From assembly GCA_002269645.1 (NCBI GenBank), contig NIVC01000026.1, positions 1 to 64,000 on the forward strand: DNA of 64,000 nt, in the 5' to 3' direction. How positions within the stretch are numbered: the first letter of the stretch is position 1; each line of letters opens with the position of its first letter. This stretch comes from Macrostomum lignano (taxonomy: Eukaryota). A program made the position numbers and the translations under genes. Shown piece by piece: positions 48,117 to 59,100 of this stretch. The notes under the pieces are model-generated. The model had not been told where the DNA came from. It saw only the letters and a list, made by a program, of their open reading frames with translations, and did not search any database.

Positions 48117-49157
48117 ATGATGGCTGGCAATGGTAACCGAGGCGACAAGGAGACTGAGCAGCTCAGAAAGCTGTTCATTGGCGGCCTGACGCCAAACGTG
48201 ACAGAAGACGATCTGAAGGGCCACTTTGGTCAGTGGGGCGAGCTTGTTGACGTGGTGGTGATGAAGGACAAGGTGTCTGGCCGGTCTCGCGGCTTTGGCT
48301 TCGTCACCTACAAGGACGAGTCAAGCGTGGATGACGCGCAGGCGAACCGGCCGCACGTGCTCGACAACAAGGAGGTGGACACGAAGCGGGCGATGCCCCG
48401 GGGTGACGCGAACAAGGACGAGAGCCACGTGAGAGTGGAGAAGCTGTTTGTGGGTGGTCTGAAGCCGGAGACCACCGAGGACGATCTGCGCGAGTATTTC
48501 GGCTCCTACGGTGAGGTTGCGTCAGCCGAGATTGCCGTGATGCGGGAGACTGGCAAGCCGCGCGGCTTCGGCTTCGTCACGTTCAAGGACTACGATCCGG
48601 TGGACAAGGCGATTCTGTACAAGCCGCACAACATCGGCGGCAATCCGCGAGTGGACTGCAAGAAGGCCCTGTCCAAAGAGCAGATGGCCGAGGTGAAGGC
48701 TCGCCAAGCTTCCGGGTTCAACGTTCGCGGCGGCTTCGCTGGGCGGGGCGGCGGCGGCGGCTATGGGGGTGGCTACGGAGGCGGATATGGCGGCGGCTAT
48801 GGAGGCGGCTACGGTGGAGGCTACGGCAATGGGACCTATGCTGGTGGCTATGGCGACGGCGGCTACGGCGGTGGCTATGGCGAGGCTGGTTACGCCGGAG
48901 GTTACGCCGCCGGTGCCGACATGGGCGGCTACAGCGAAGGTGGTGAAGGCGCCTACGGCAATGGCGCAGCGGCTGGCGGCGGTTTCGGCTCCTACGGCAG
49001 CCAAGGTTACGCTGGCGGCCCCGCCAAGCCGGTTGGCGGATTCGGCGGCGGCCCGCAGCGATTCCAGCCGTACGGCGCCGGCGGCCGTGGTGGAGGTCGC
49101 GGACGCGGCGGCGGTGCCACTGGTGGGTTCCGGGGTGGTCGTGGTGAGTGTTGTTAG
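48117..49157 (+). CDS. hnRNP A/B-family (hnRNP A1 / Hrp36-38-like) protein, copy 1: two RRMs + Gly/Tyr-rich tail
   Basis: KLFIGGL, RSRGFGFVTY, KLFVGGL and RGFGFVTF RNP motifs, EQLRKLF start, YGG repeats. Intronless ORF; first ATG at 48117. Confidence 0.92.
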   Translation: MMAGNGNRGDKETEQLRKLFIGGLTPNVTEDDLKGHFGQWGELVDVVVMKDKVSGRSRGFGFVTYKDESSVDDAQANRPHVLDNKEVDTKRAMPRGDANKDESHVRVEKLFVGGLKPETTEDDLREYFGSYGEVASAEIAVMRETGKPRGFGFVTFKDYDPVDKAILYKPHNIGGNPRVDCKKALSKEQMAEVKARQASGFNVRGGFAGRGGGGGYGGGYGGGYGGGYGGGYGGGYGNGTYAGGYGDGGYGGGYGEAGYAGGYAAGADMGGYSEGGEGAYGNGAAAGGGFGSYGSQGYAGGPAKPVGGFGGGPQRFQPYGAGGRGGGRGRGGGATGGFRGGRGECC

Positions 49158-51233
49158 CGAGCCGGTTGGCTTAGTTTTTGGCGCATTTATTTTCAATTGC
49201 AAAATTGCTGGTAAAGAATTGCGCTCAAAATTAAAACTCGCTATATGGGATTAAGATATTTTTGCTCTAATATTCATCTTGTAAATTTCACCACAAAATA
49301 TTGCAGGCGGTTACTAATTGGGACTGGCTGATTAACTAACGGAAGGCACAATCGACTTTTATGCTGCCTGTAATTCGAGTCTTGGGGAAAACCTGCTACT
49401 AAATCTCTCTGTCGTCTGTTTACCAATTGGATGCTGTTCTCATGGGATTCGGGGTAAGTTTGATTGCACATTTAATCAATTTTTTGTTTTTATTGCTCAC
49501 TAAAACTGTTGCTGTATGCGTGCGCCTGTTTGAACTGCGTGCAAGGCTAATCTTTTATTAGCTCAAACTATCTTTAAGAAAGTTGTTCTCTGTAAGTTAA
49601 GTGTACGGTGTTTATATGCTAAGAAAATGTGCTTATAATTTACTTAAGAATCAGTCATTAAATCTATATTTATATCTACTAATTTCAGGTTGAGCAAAAG
49701 TCACACACACACCCAGTCAGTCAGTCAGTCTGAAGCGCAGGGCCACTCAGATGTTAAGCAACCTAGGAGATTGTGTGTGCGTGTTGAGACCGTTTTTTAT
49801 AGCGTAAGTAGGACAGGCCTGGTCTCGACAATGGACTGAGTGAGGAGATAATTCGGGCTAAGATAATTAGCCAATCAAAAGGAGAGCACAGATCATGTTG
49901 GTAATGGAATCAGCCACGTTATTGAAAAGGTTGTTCAGCGGACTGCAGTGAAATCTCGACCCCGAAGTCAGTGAGGCAGCCAGTCACCAGCTTAACTATT
50001 AATGCATAGACGGCAAGGTCTAATAAATGTGTTGTGCAATTACTCTTTGCTAAATGGGGATTATAAACTTATAATTTTTTATAAATCTGAAGTGTGCCCA
50101 TATTCCTTATTTTATTTTGTCATGAGTTCTAAGGCTATGTGGGAGGAATATTATTTAAATTGCAGCTCGAATAACTATCTGCAGCCTCAGGTGTCAGGCG
50201 GGCATTAGTAGCGACTAGCGAGTATTTTCTCAACTTAAGACTGTTTTACTTAGCAGCTAATAGTCGATTTTTAGTGTTCATATTTACCTATCCATATGTA
50301 ATGAATAAGCTGTATACTAATTAGTCTTGTGTAATTTATCAGTTCTGTTTTTTGAGAAAACTGCCACTTGTAATAATATGCCAGTTAATTAAATATTGTT
50401 TGAATTCCTCAAGCTTAAGGCAACACGCAATTTTGTGTCAATTGCTCTTACAACTTTGCTCTTGCGTGAACATGATTGTTGTCAGTTAGGTGCAAAATAA
50501 CTTATTATATAACTAGTAGTAGTATAAGTATACATATAGTCGTAAGTGTAAGCGGGTGTGACTATTTTTGTAGTTATTAATTAACTTTTCTTACGCTGAA
50601 AAACTTCACTTTTACCACAATTAGTAGCTTCATTGTTCAAATTTAAGGCTTGGGCTATTTTTATTACTTATCAAAGGCGGTAAACTCTAATTTAGTTGAT
50701 AATTGTTGTTCCATATTTCGCTTCTGTAAGATTAATAATTTGATCTGATCGACCCAATGTTAGCATCAAAAGTGAACATGAGTTGACAGGCTGAAATATA
50801 AGTTATTAATGGAAAAGGAGTTACTAATCTGCCAGGCCAAGCTGTAAAAAGCTAATTATTAAATAGGCCCGGTGTTGCTCCTAGCTAGCGAAATTGTTGC
50901 TCTCGCAGCAGAGGCAGTGCGTGCGTTAGCTTAACTAGCCTTTTTCTATCGTGAAAGAGTTTCCTTAGTTGTCATTTAATTATTATGTAATTATTCGGGT
51001 ATTGTTGAAGCGTGAATGTGATTAACAATGATCTGGAATTGATTGAGCGCTTGTCTGTATGTGTTCTAGATCAATAAGGACGTTTAAGGTCAGACATTAG
51101 AAAGTTCTTTGTGTGGCTGTGATTGAAAGAATGTCATCATCATTTGAAGTCTGTAACTCTACCCTACTAGGGTTCCATTCTGTTAAATGCCCAACCAATC
51201 TAGTTGGATTGCTTTCAGACTTCAGAATTCAAC

Positions 51234-52217
51234 ATGATGGCTGGTAACCGAGGCGACAAGGAGACTGAGCAGCTCAGAAAGCTGTTTATTGGCGGCCTGA
51301 CGCCAAACGTGACAGAAGACGATCTGAAGGGCCACTTTGGCCAGTGGGGCGAGCTTGTTGACGTGGTGGTGATGAAGGACAAGGTGTCTGGCCGGTCTCG
51401 CGGCTTTGGCTTCGTCACCTACAAGGACGAGTCGAGCGTGGATGACGCGCAGGCGAACCGGCCGCATGTGCTCGACAACAAGGAGGTGGACACGAAGCGG
51501 GCGATGCCCCGGGGTGACGCGAACAAGGACGAGAGCCACGTGAGAGTGGAGAAGCTGTTTGTGGGTGGTCTGAAGCCGGAGACCACCGAGGACGATCTGC
51601 GCGAGTATTTCGGCTCCTACGGTGAGGTTGCGTCAGCGGAGATTGCCGTGATGCGGGAGACTGGCAAGCCGCGCGGCTTCGGCTTCGTCACGTTCAAGGA
51701 CTACGATCCGGTGGACAAGGCGATTCTGTACAAGCCGCACAACATCGGCGGCAATCCGCGAGTGGACTGCAAGAAGGCCCTGTCCAAAGAGCAGATGGCC
51801 GAGGTGAAGGCTCGCCAAGCTTCCGGGTTCAACGTTCGCGGCGGCTTCGCTGGGCGGGGCGGCGGCGGCGGATATGGGGGTGGCTACGGAGGCGGATATG
51901 GCGGCGGCTATGGAGGCGGCTACGGTGGCTATGGAGGTTACGGTGACGCAGGCTACGGTGGCTACGGGGATGCCGTAGGCTACGACGCCGGAGGCTACAG
52001 CGAAGGTGGCGAAGGCGCCTACGACAATGGCGGCGGTTTCGGCTCCTACGGCAGCCAAGGCTACGCTGGCGGCCCCGCCAAGCCGGTTGGCGGATTCGGC
52101 GGCGGCCCGCAGCGATTCCAGCCATACGGCGCCGGCGGCCGTGGTGGTGGTCGCGGACGTGGAGGCGCCGGCATTGGCGGCGGCTTTCGCGGTGGCCGTG
52201 ATGAGTGTCAAGGTTGA
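51234..52217 (+). CDS. hnRNP A/B-family protein, copy 2
   Basis: Same RRMs, nearly identical DNA to copy 1, different Gly-rich tail. First ATG at 51234, preceded by acceptor-like tttcag/cttcag. Confidence 0.92.
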   Translation: MMAGNRGDKETEQLRKLFIGGLTPNVTEDDLKGHFGQWGELVDVVVMKDKVSGRSRGFGFVTYKDESSVDDAQANRPHVLDNKEVDTKRAMPRGDANKDESHVRVEKLFVGGLKPETTEDDLREYFGSYGEVASAEIAVMRETGKPRGFGFVTFKDYDPVDKAILYKPHNIGGNPRVDCKKALSKEQMAEVKARQASGFNVRGGFAGRGGGGGYGGGYGGGYGGGYGGGYGGYGGYGDAGYGGYGDAVGYDAGGYSEGGEGAYDNGGGFGSYGSQGYAGGPAKPVGGFGGGPQRFQPYGAGGRGGGRGRGGAGIGGGFRGGRDECQG

Positions 52218-53154
52218 TTTGCTTTAGTGAAATAAAATTTTGTTAAAAATGCACTTTTATACTAAATAACTTATTTGCGATCCGCCAAACCCCCTGTGTC
52301 GATGACTTTGCAGGCGGGCGTGGTGGCTATTAGACCGGGAGGAACTCTGATGCACAGCTCGACTGCAAAGGATTTTAAAGCTGTGCAGTGAACACGATTT
52401 CATAATATATATGTTCGCATACGACTTACTGAACTCGATCTTTTCTCCTGCCGTTCTGCTCTTGTCTATGTGTTGTGTTTTGGCTTTTGTATTGTGCATT
52501 CTGCTTTTTTATGAAGAAGCAATGTTGTCTGCGCAAGCAGTTGCTGGTCTTTTACCATAAATAAGTTTTAGTTTCTCAATTAGCGGCCCGTGAAACTTGA
52601 AAGTTAACACCTGTGCTGATAATTGCGCAATTATTGAATTATCGTTTATGAAATTTCATGGCAGCAGTTGCTGGGGTCTCTGTTAGTTTTTGTGTAAAAA
52701 ATATATTTTAAACAAAATTTAATATTCGTTATGTATTCAAATATACCAAATGGGTTTAAAGAGTTGAAGGCATGCAGTTTTTGTTCATTCTCAAATGTCT
52801 CGAGTCAGTTAATTGAAATTGTCACAAGGCAAATTTACAATCCCGAGCTATGCCTGGTCCTTGACTTCGTTTCTTTGCTGAGCCGGCTTTAAATGAAACA
52901 AAAAACTGAATCGTTGAATTCCAATGAGTTTTGAAAATATTCAAATTTCAAATTCCATTCCTGTCTGGTTAAGAAAGTTGGCTAATTCGAAATTTTTTAT
53001 ATTCTTTAAAAAACGCTTGAAAATGTTTGGTTAGCAAAGTTTTATAAATAAAATCTCCAATCAGTTTTCGTTATATTTTTTAAACAGAACACATTGTTCG
53101 TCGCTTGCATTCAGCTTAAGACATTGAAATCAAATTGCAAAGAGATATTCTGTG

Positions 53155-56100
53155 ATGGCTGTCCAAAAGCTAACTGTTTTCCTAATATTGGCGGCCATTA
53201 CTCTCTGCTTTGGTGAGCGAATACTTTTGGTTTTGATTATCAACTGTTGGTAATTTCTGATAGAGTAGTCTTAGTCTTCACATCTCCAGTTTTCGTATTC
53301 AGAAGAATAACTATTGGTCTGCAATAAATAAAATGATGTCTTGCCTTATAGCTCTGATGTTCATAAAACTTTTCGTTTAGAAAATTAGGATTCTTTGGTA
53401 ATTTTATCCTACGTACATGTACTGTGCAAAAAAATTATGAGAATGGTACAGCTAAATTTATTGGTTTTATGAATCTATACTATAATTCTTAGTTAATCAC
53501 TAAGAGCCTCTTCATATCGATGGTTCTGGTTCTGGAACATGGTTCGAGAAATTTTATCGAACCGCTGTCATGTTTACACTTTAACAGTAAAATATATTTG
53601 AAATCGTCAAGTTTTTATTATTGTTATATAATTATTCCGTTTTTTGTCATATCCAAGGCAAAACAAAGTCAAAGAACGACAAAATTAAATTGTAAAAACT
53701 GTCAAACATAAAATGGGTATCGGAAGCTCCTCATATTACACTGGTTCTGGTTCTAGAACCGATTGCCGTGAAGAGGCTCTTAACAAAATGAAACGGAATG
53801 ATAAAAATAGATTCATAAAACCAATGACTTGAGTTGTGCCATATTTTATAAATTTTTGGCATAGGCCGGACATGCACGCTTTATGAAAATCAATTGAGAA
53901 AAGAACGCAAGACATCAAAAGATGAACAACTGTTGGTCTCCACTTCTATCAAAAGCAATAAGAATATTCGTGATAAAAAATAAAAACCTATACTCCGTAC
54001 TTTTTAAAAGAAATCTGATTATTATAAGGTTTAATAAAAATTAGTTTATCAAATAATTGTTATAAACGCTGAATATCAACTTTTTGAGCTTAAGTTCGTT
54101 TTTAAATGCGTGAAAGCCAACTAACCAGCTAGAAAACCTGACATTTGAAAGAAAACTTCACACATCTGCAGTAAACTGCAAACGTAAGCTTTAATTACAG
54201 TATTACATTTTGCAGCCCAGGATGACCCCTTCGAGCCTTCAATTTTCGGTAAGTATAGTTGCACTCTTTAAATTACATGTAAACATACATGCATGTACAG
54301 ACTACGCCAACTATGTTAATTGTGGTGCTCCATAATGTACACGTGCATATTTACATGTACATGTATACCCACATTCAGGGGCGTCGCCATGGATTCATGT
54401 TGGGAGGACAAAGCCAAGAAGCTACATGTACATGCACATGACCATTGCAACATGCACATCATTTTAAGAATCGGTGCGTCAGCGCTCATGTAGGCGCCGC
54501 AGGCATTTCTTTTGGTGCTGCAGGCACTCATTTTAGCGCCACAGGCATTCACTTTAGCGCCACGTGCAGGCACTCATTTTAGCGCCGCAAGCACTCATTT
54601 TGGCACCCCAGGCACTCATTTTAGCGTCGCAGGAACTTATTATGGTACATGTACCAAAGGACTCATTTAGCGCCACAGGCACTCATTTTGGCACCCCAGG
54701 CACTTATTTTAGCGTCGCAGGAACTTAATATGGTACATGTACCAAAGGACTCATTTAGCGCCACAGGCACTCATTTTAGTGCCACAGGCACTCATTTTGG
54801 CGCCGCAGACGCCGGGCGCTATATTTTGTCGCCGTGAAACAAAATTCTTGATGTCCATAACGGCAATTAAACGCGGGTCAAAAGGTAGGCCGTGGCGGGG
54901 ACAAAGCATGCAATAGCATGTCCCCATGGCTTTTACTGGGGGGACACATGTCCCCCCCCTGTCTTCTCCGGTGGCGACGCCCCTGTCTACATTCGCATTA
55001 TATTTCATTCCCACCTCAACTTTGAATCAAACTATTTTTTAGCGATTTCCGGCGACATTGATAGCCATAACGATGCAAAACCAATCAGTAAGTATATGAT
55101 AGTATACTATATGATGATACATTGTAGGGAGGGACAGCTGGGGCAGATAGAATGAAACAGCTGTGAAATGATTCGATTTTTATAGCAGCGTTATACTCAT
55201 AAATCCGGCACTAATTTACTGTTCACCGTATTTAAATATGTCCGAACAGCTTTGCACGATTTGACAGAGGAGCAAGCGTTGTTTGGTGAGCTGCAAATTA
55301 TATCCACGTTCGCATATTCATAATTGCATAATTATTGACTGTTACATACACACAGTTCAAGCATTGCTTAAATAAAGCACTGAAAATATTTTAGCTGTCA
55401 TTAACTTCGGACCGTCGATTTCTGGTGAGCATGCAATGAATTTATGAATTTAATTCTAATAGATCGATTTCACCTGCCCCAATCGACAGATGTGCAACTG
55501 ACAGCTCATAGCCAGCTCATATTGCGCGGCACAAACTGTTCCAAGTAGCTCAAGAATCGAGCCCCCGACCATTAGTCGGCTGCACAAACCACAAGCGTCG
55601 GACTCACGACTGTAAGGTCGGGGGTTCGATTCCCGATCTCACTGGAACAATTTATGTCCTTGAGAAAGACACTTAAATCTGCATTGTCTCAGTTCACCCA
55701 TTAGCTGAGGTAATTGAGGCTGCGTTTGACGACCCCCCAGTCCTTGGACTGAACAGCCGTACGCAGCCTTCAGATGCGCCGCGCCATAGCTGCGGCTGAG
55801 CTGTCGGTTGCACATCTTGCCAAATTTGGACAGGTGTAATCAATAATAATAATATAATAATTAATAATCAAAATTAACCAAGATAATTAAAGGCTTATAC
55901 GGTTCTACTTCCTATACCGCTTCAGGCGCAGACGATGAGGACACCGGTCCAGGTGAGCTAATTTATATTTGTGCAGCAATGTGCCTATTATGAACCTGTT
56001 AATTAGGGAGCTTTACTGACCATATATAGTGGGTTAAAGTTTTATTGTGATTATTTTGATGCTGTTATAGATCAGGTGAAATCTCTGACCAGACAGGTAT

Positions 56101-59100
56101 GCACACCAGGTAAAAAAACAGGTAATATAAGTGGAGTAACGGTCTACATAATGTAAATAATGTAAAAATGTACAGATTTCCCATTTGAATAAAGAAGCAA
56201 AAAAGTAATCAATAAATTAGAAAGAATCCATCGTGCACCGCACCGGCTTAGCCATCTCCGTCACTGAAGCCATTGGCTTTTAAGACGACCAGGTAAAAAT
56301 CTTGTTTAGGTAAAAATAATTGTTTACAAAATAATGGCTGACCACTGGAACTTTAAGAAAGGAGCATTTTTATTTCATGGAATCGACAGACACTGTTAAC
56401 AGTAAATTAAACACCCCGGCTTGCAAGTAAACACCCCGGCTAGTAATTAAACACCCCGGCTTGCAATTAAACACCCAGCTAGCAATTAAACACCCAGCTA
56501 GCAATTAAACACCCAGCAAGCAATTAAACACCCAGCTAGCAATTAAACACCCAGCAAGCAATTAAACACCCAGCTAGCAATTAAACACCCCGGCTTGCAA
56601 GTAAACACCCGGCTAGTAATTAAACACCCCAGCTTGCAAGTAAACATCCGGCTAGTAATTAAACACCCAGCTAGCAATTAAACACCCAGCTAGCAATTAA
56701 ACACCCAGCTAGCAATGAAACACCCCGGCAAGCAATTAAACACCCAGCTAGCAGTTAAACACCCAGCTACGAGTAGCAATTAAACACCCAGCTAGCAATT
56801 AAACACCCAACTAGCAATTAAACACCCAGCTAGCAATTAAACACCCGGCAAGCAATTAAACACCCAGCTAGCAATGAAACACCCCGGCAAGCAATGAAAC
56901 ACCCCGGCAAGCAATTAACCACCCAGCTAGCAGTTAAACACCCAGCTACGAGTAGCAATTAAACACCCAGCTAGCAATTAAACACCCAACTAGCAATTAA
57001 ACACCCAGCTAGCAATTAAACACCCCGGCAAGCAATTAAACACCCCGGCAAGCAATTAAACACCCCGGCTGGCAATTAGACACCCAGCTAGCAATTAAAC
57101 AAAATGAATGTAGATAACAGATCAAAAATGTCGTCTAATAACGAGTAGCGAGGGACGAATATGAAAAGAATCTTTACAGCATGTGTGATTTTCAAACAGG
57201 GCATATTCATAAGTAGAATATATCCTACTTCCTACGGTAAGTACCTCATCAATATTATCCCGACTGCTTATAATCGAATTATACATTAATGGCTTTCAGT
57301 CCCGTCGCCGCCACCAACTGAGAAGCCGACAGGTGAGTCAGGTGATAAATATTTAATTAGCGCTTAATCAAGCCACCAACTACAGGTGAGTCAGGTGATA
57401 AATATTTAATTAGCGCTTAATCAAGCCAATAAACTTGATAATTACGTCATTTCAGTCCCACCGCCGCCACCAACTGAGAAGCCGACAGGTGAGTCAGGTG
57501 ATAAATATTTAATTAGCGCTTAATCAAGCTAATAAACTTGATAATTATGTCATTTCAGTCCCACCGCCGCCACCAACTGAGAAGCCGACAGGTGAGTCAG
57601 GTGATAAATATTTAATTAGCGCTTAATCAAGCTAATAAACTTGATAATTATGTCATTTCAGTCCCACCGCCGCCACCAACTGAGAAGCCGACAGGTGAGT
57701 CAGGTGATAAATATTTAATTAGCGCTTAATCAAACTCATAAACTTGATAATTCTGTCATTTTAGTCCCACCGCCGCCACCAACTGAGAAGCCGACAGGTG
57801 AGTCAGGTGATAAATATTTAATTAGCGCTTAATCAAACTCATAAACTTGATAATTCTGTCATTTTAGTCCCACCGCCGCCACCAACTGAGAAGCCGACAG
57901 GTGAGTCAGGTGATAAATATTTAATTAGCGCTTAATCAAACTCATAAACTTGATAATTCTGTCATTTTAGTCCCACCGCCGCCACCAACTGAGAAGCCGA
58001 CAGGTGAGTCAGGTGATAAATATTTAATTAGCGCTTAATCAAGCTAATAAACTTGATAATTACGTCATTTCAGTCCCACCGCCGCCACCAACTGAGAAGC
58101 CGACAGGTAAGTCAGGTGATAAATATTTAATTAGCGCTTAATAAGTGTGGAGTAACTTGCAAGAACTGCGAGAGTCTGGAGTTTGGAGAGTGTGGAGCTT
58201 GGAGAGTGTGGAGTTTGGAAATTATGGAGTTTTGGAAAGTGTGGAGTTTGGAAAGTGTGGAGTTTGGAAAGTGTGGAGTTTGGAAAGTGTGGAGTTTGGA
58301 GAGTGCGGAGCTTGGAAGGTGTGAAGTTTGGAAAGTGTGAAGTTTGGAGAGTGCGGAGCTTGGAAGGTGTGAAGTTTGGAAAGTGTGAAGTTTGGAAAGT
58401 GTGGAGTTTGGAGAGTGCGGAGCTTGGAAAGTGTGGAGTTTGGAAAGTGTGGAGTTTGGAAAGTGTGGAGTTTGGAAAGTGTGGAGTTTGGAGAGTGCGG
58501 AGCTTGGAAGGTGTGAAGTTTGGAAAGTGTGAAGTTTGGAAAGTGTGGAGTTTGGAGAGTGCGGAGCTTGGAAAGTGTGGAGTTTGGAAAGTGTGGAGTT
58601 TGGAAAGTGTGGAGTTTGGAAAGTGTGGAGTTTGGAGAGTGCGGAGCTTGGAAGGTGTGAAGTTTGGAAAGTGTGAAGTTTGGAAAGTGTGGAGTTTGGA
58701 GAGTGCGGAGCTTGGAAAGTGTGGAGTTTGGAAAGTGTGGAGTTTGGAGAGTGTTGAGTTTGGAGAGTGCGGAGCTTGGAGAGTGTGGAGTTTGGAAAGT
58801 GTGGAGTTTGGAGAGTGTGGAGTTTGGAGAGTGCGGAAGCTTGGAGAGAGTGGAATTTGGAGAGTGTGGAGTTTGGAAAGTGTGGAGTTTGGAAAGTGTG
58901 GAGTTTGGAAAGTGTGGAGTTTGGAGAGTGCGGAGTTTGGAAAGTGTGGAGTTTGGAGAGTGCGGAGTTTGGAAAGTGTGGAGTTTGGAAAGTGTGGAGT
59001 TTGGAGAGTGCGGAGCTTGGAGAGTGTGGAGCTTGGAGAGTGCGGAGTTTGGAAAGTGTGGAGTTTGGAGAGTGTGGAGTTTGGAGAGTGCGGAGCTTGG

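Noticed and set aside
55595-55660. Possible tRNA gene (gggttcgattcc B box); also 9552-9620 and 36878-36950
   Set aside because: No complete cloverleaf, and each continues into a shared SINE body.
57200-57236. Extra WSC-gene microexon ending at cctacg|gtaagt
   Set aside because: Available acceptors give 37 or 20 nt, which do not fit the phase-1 chain.
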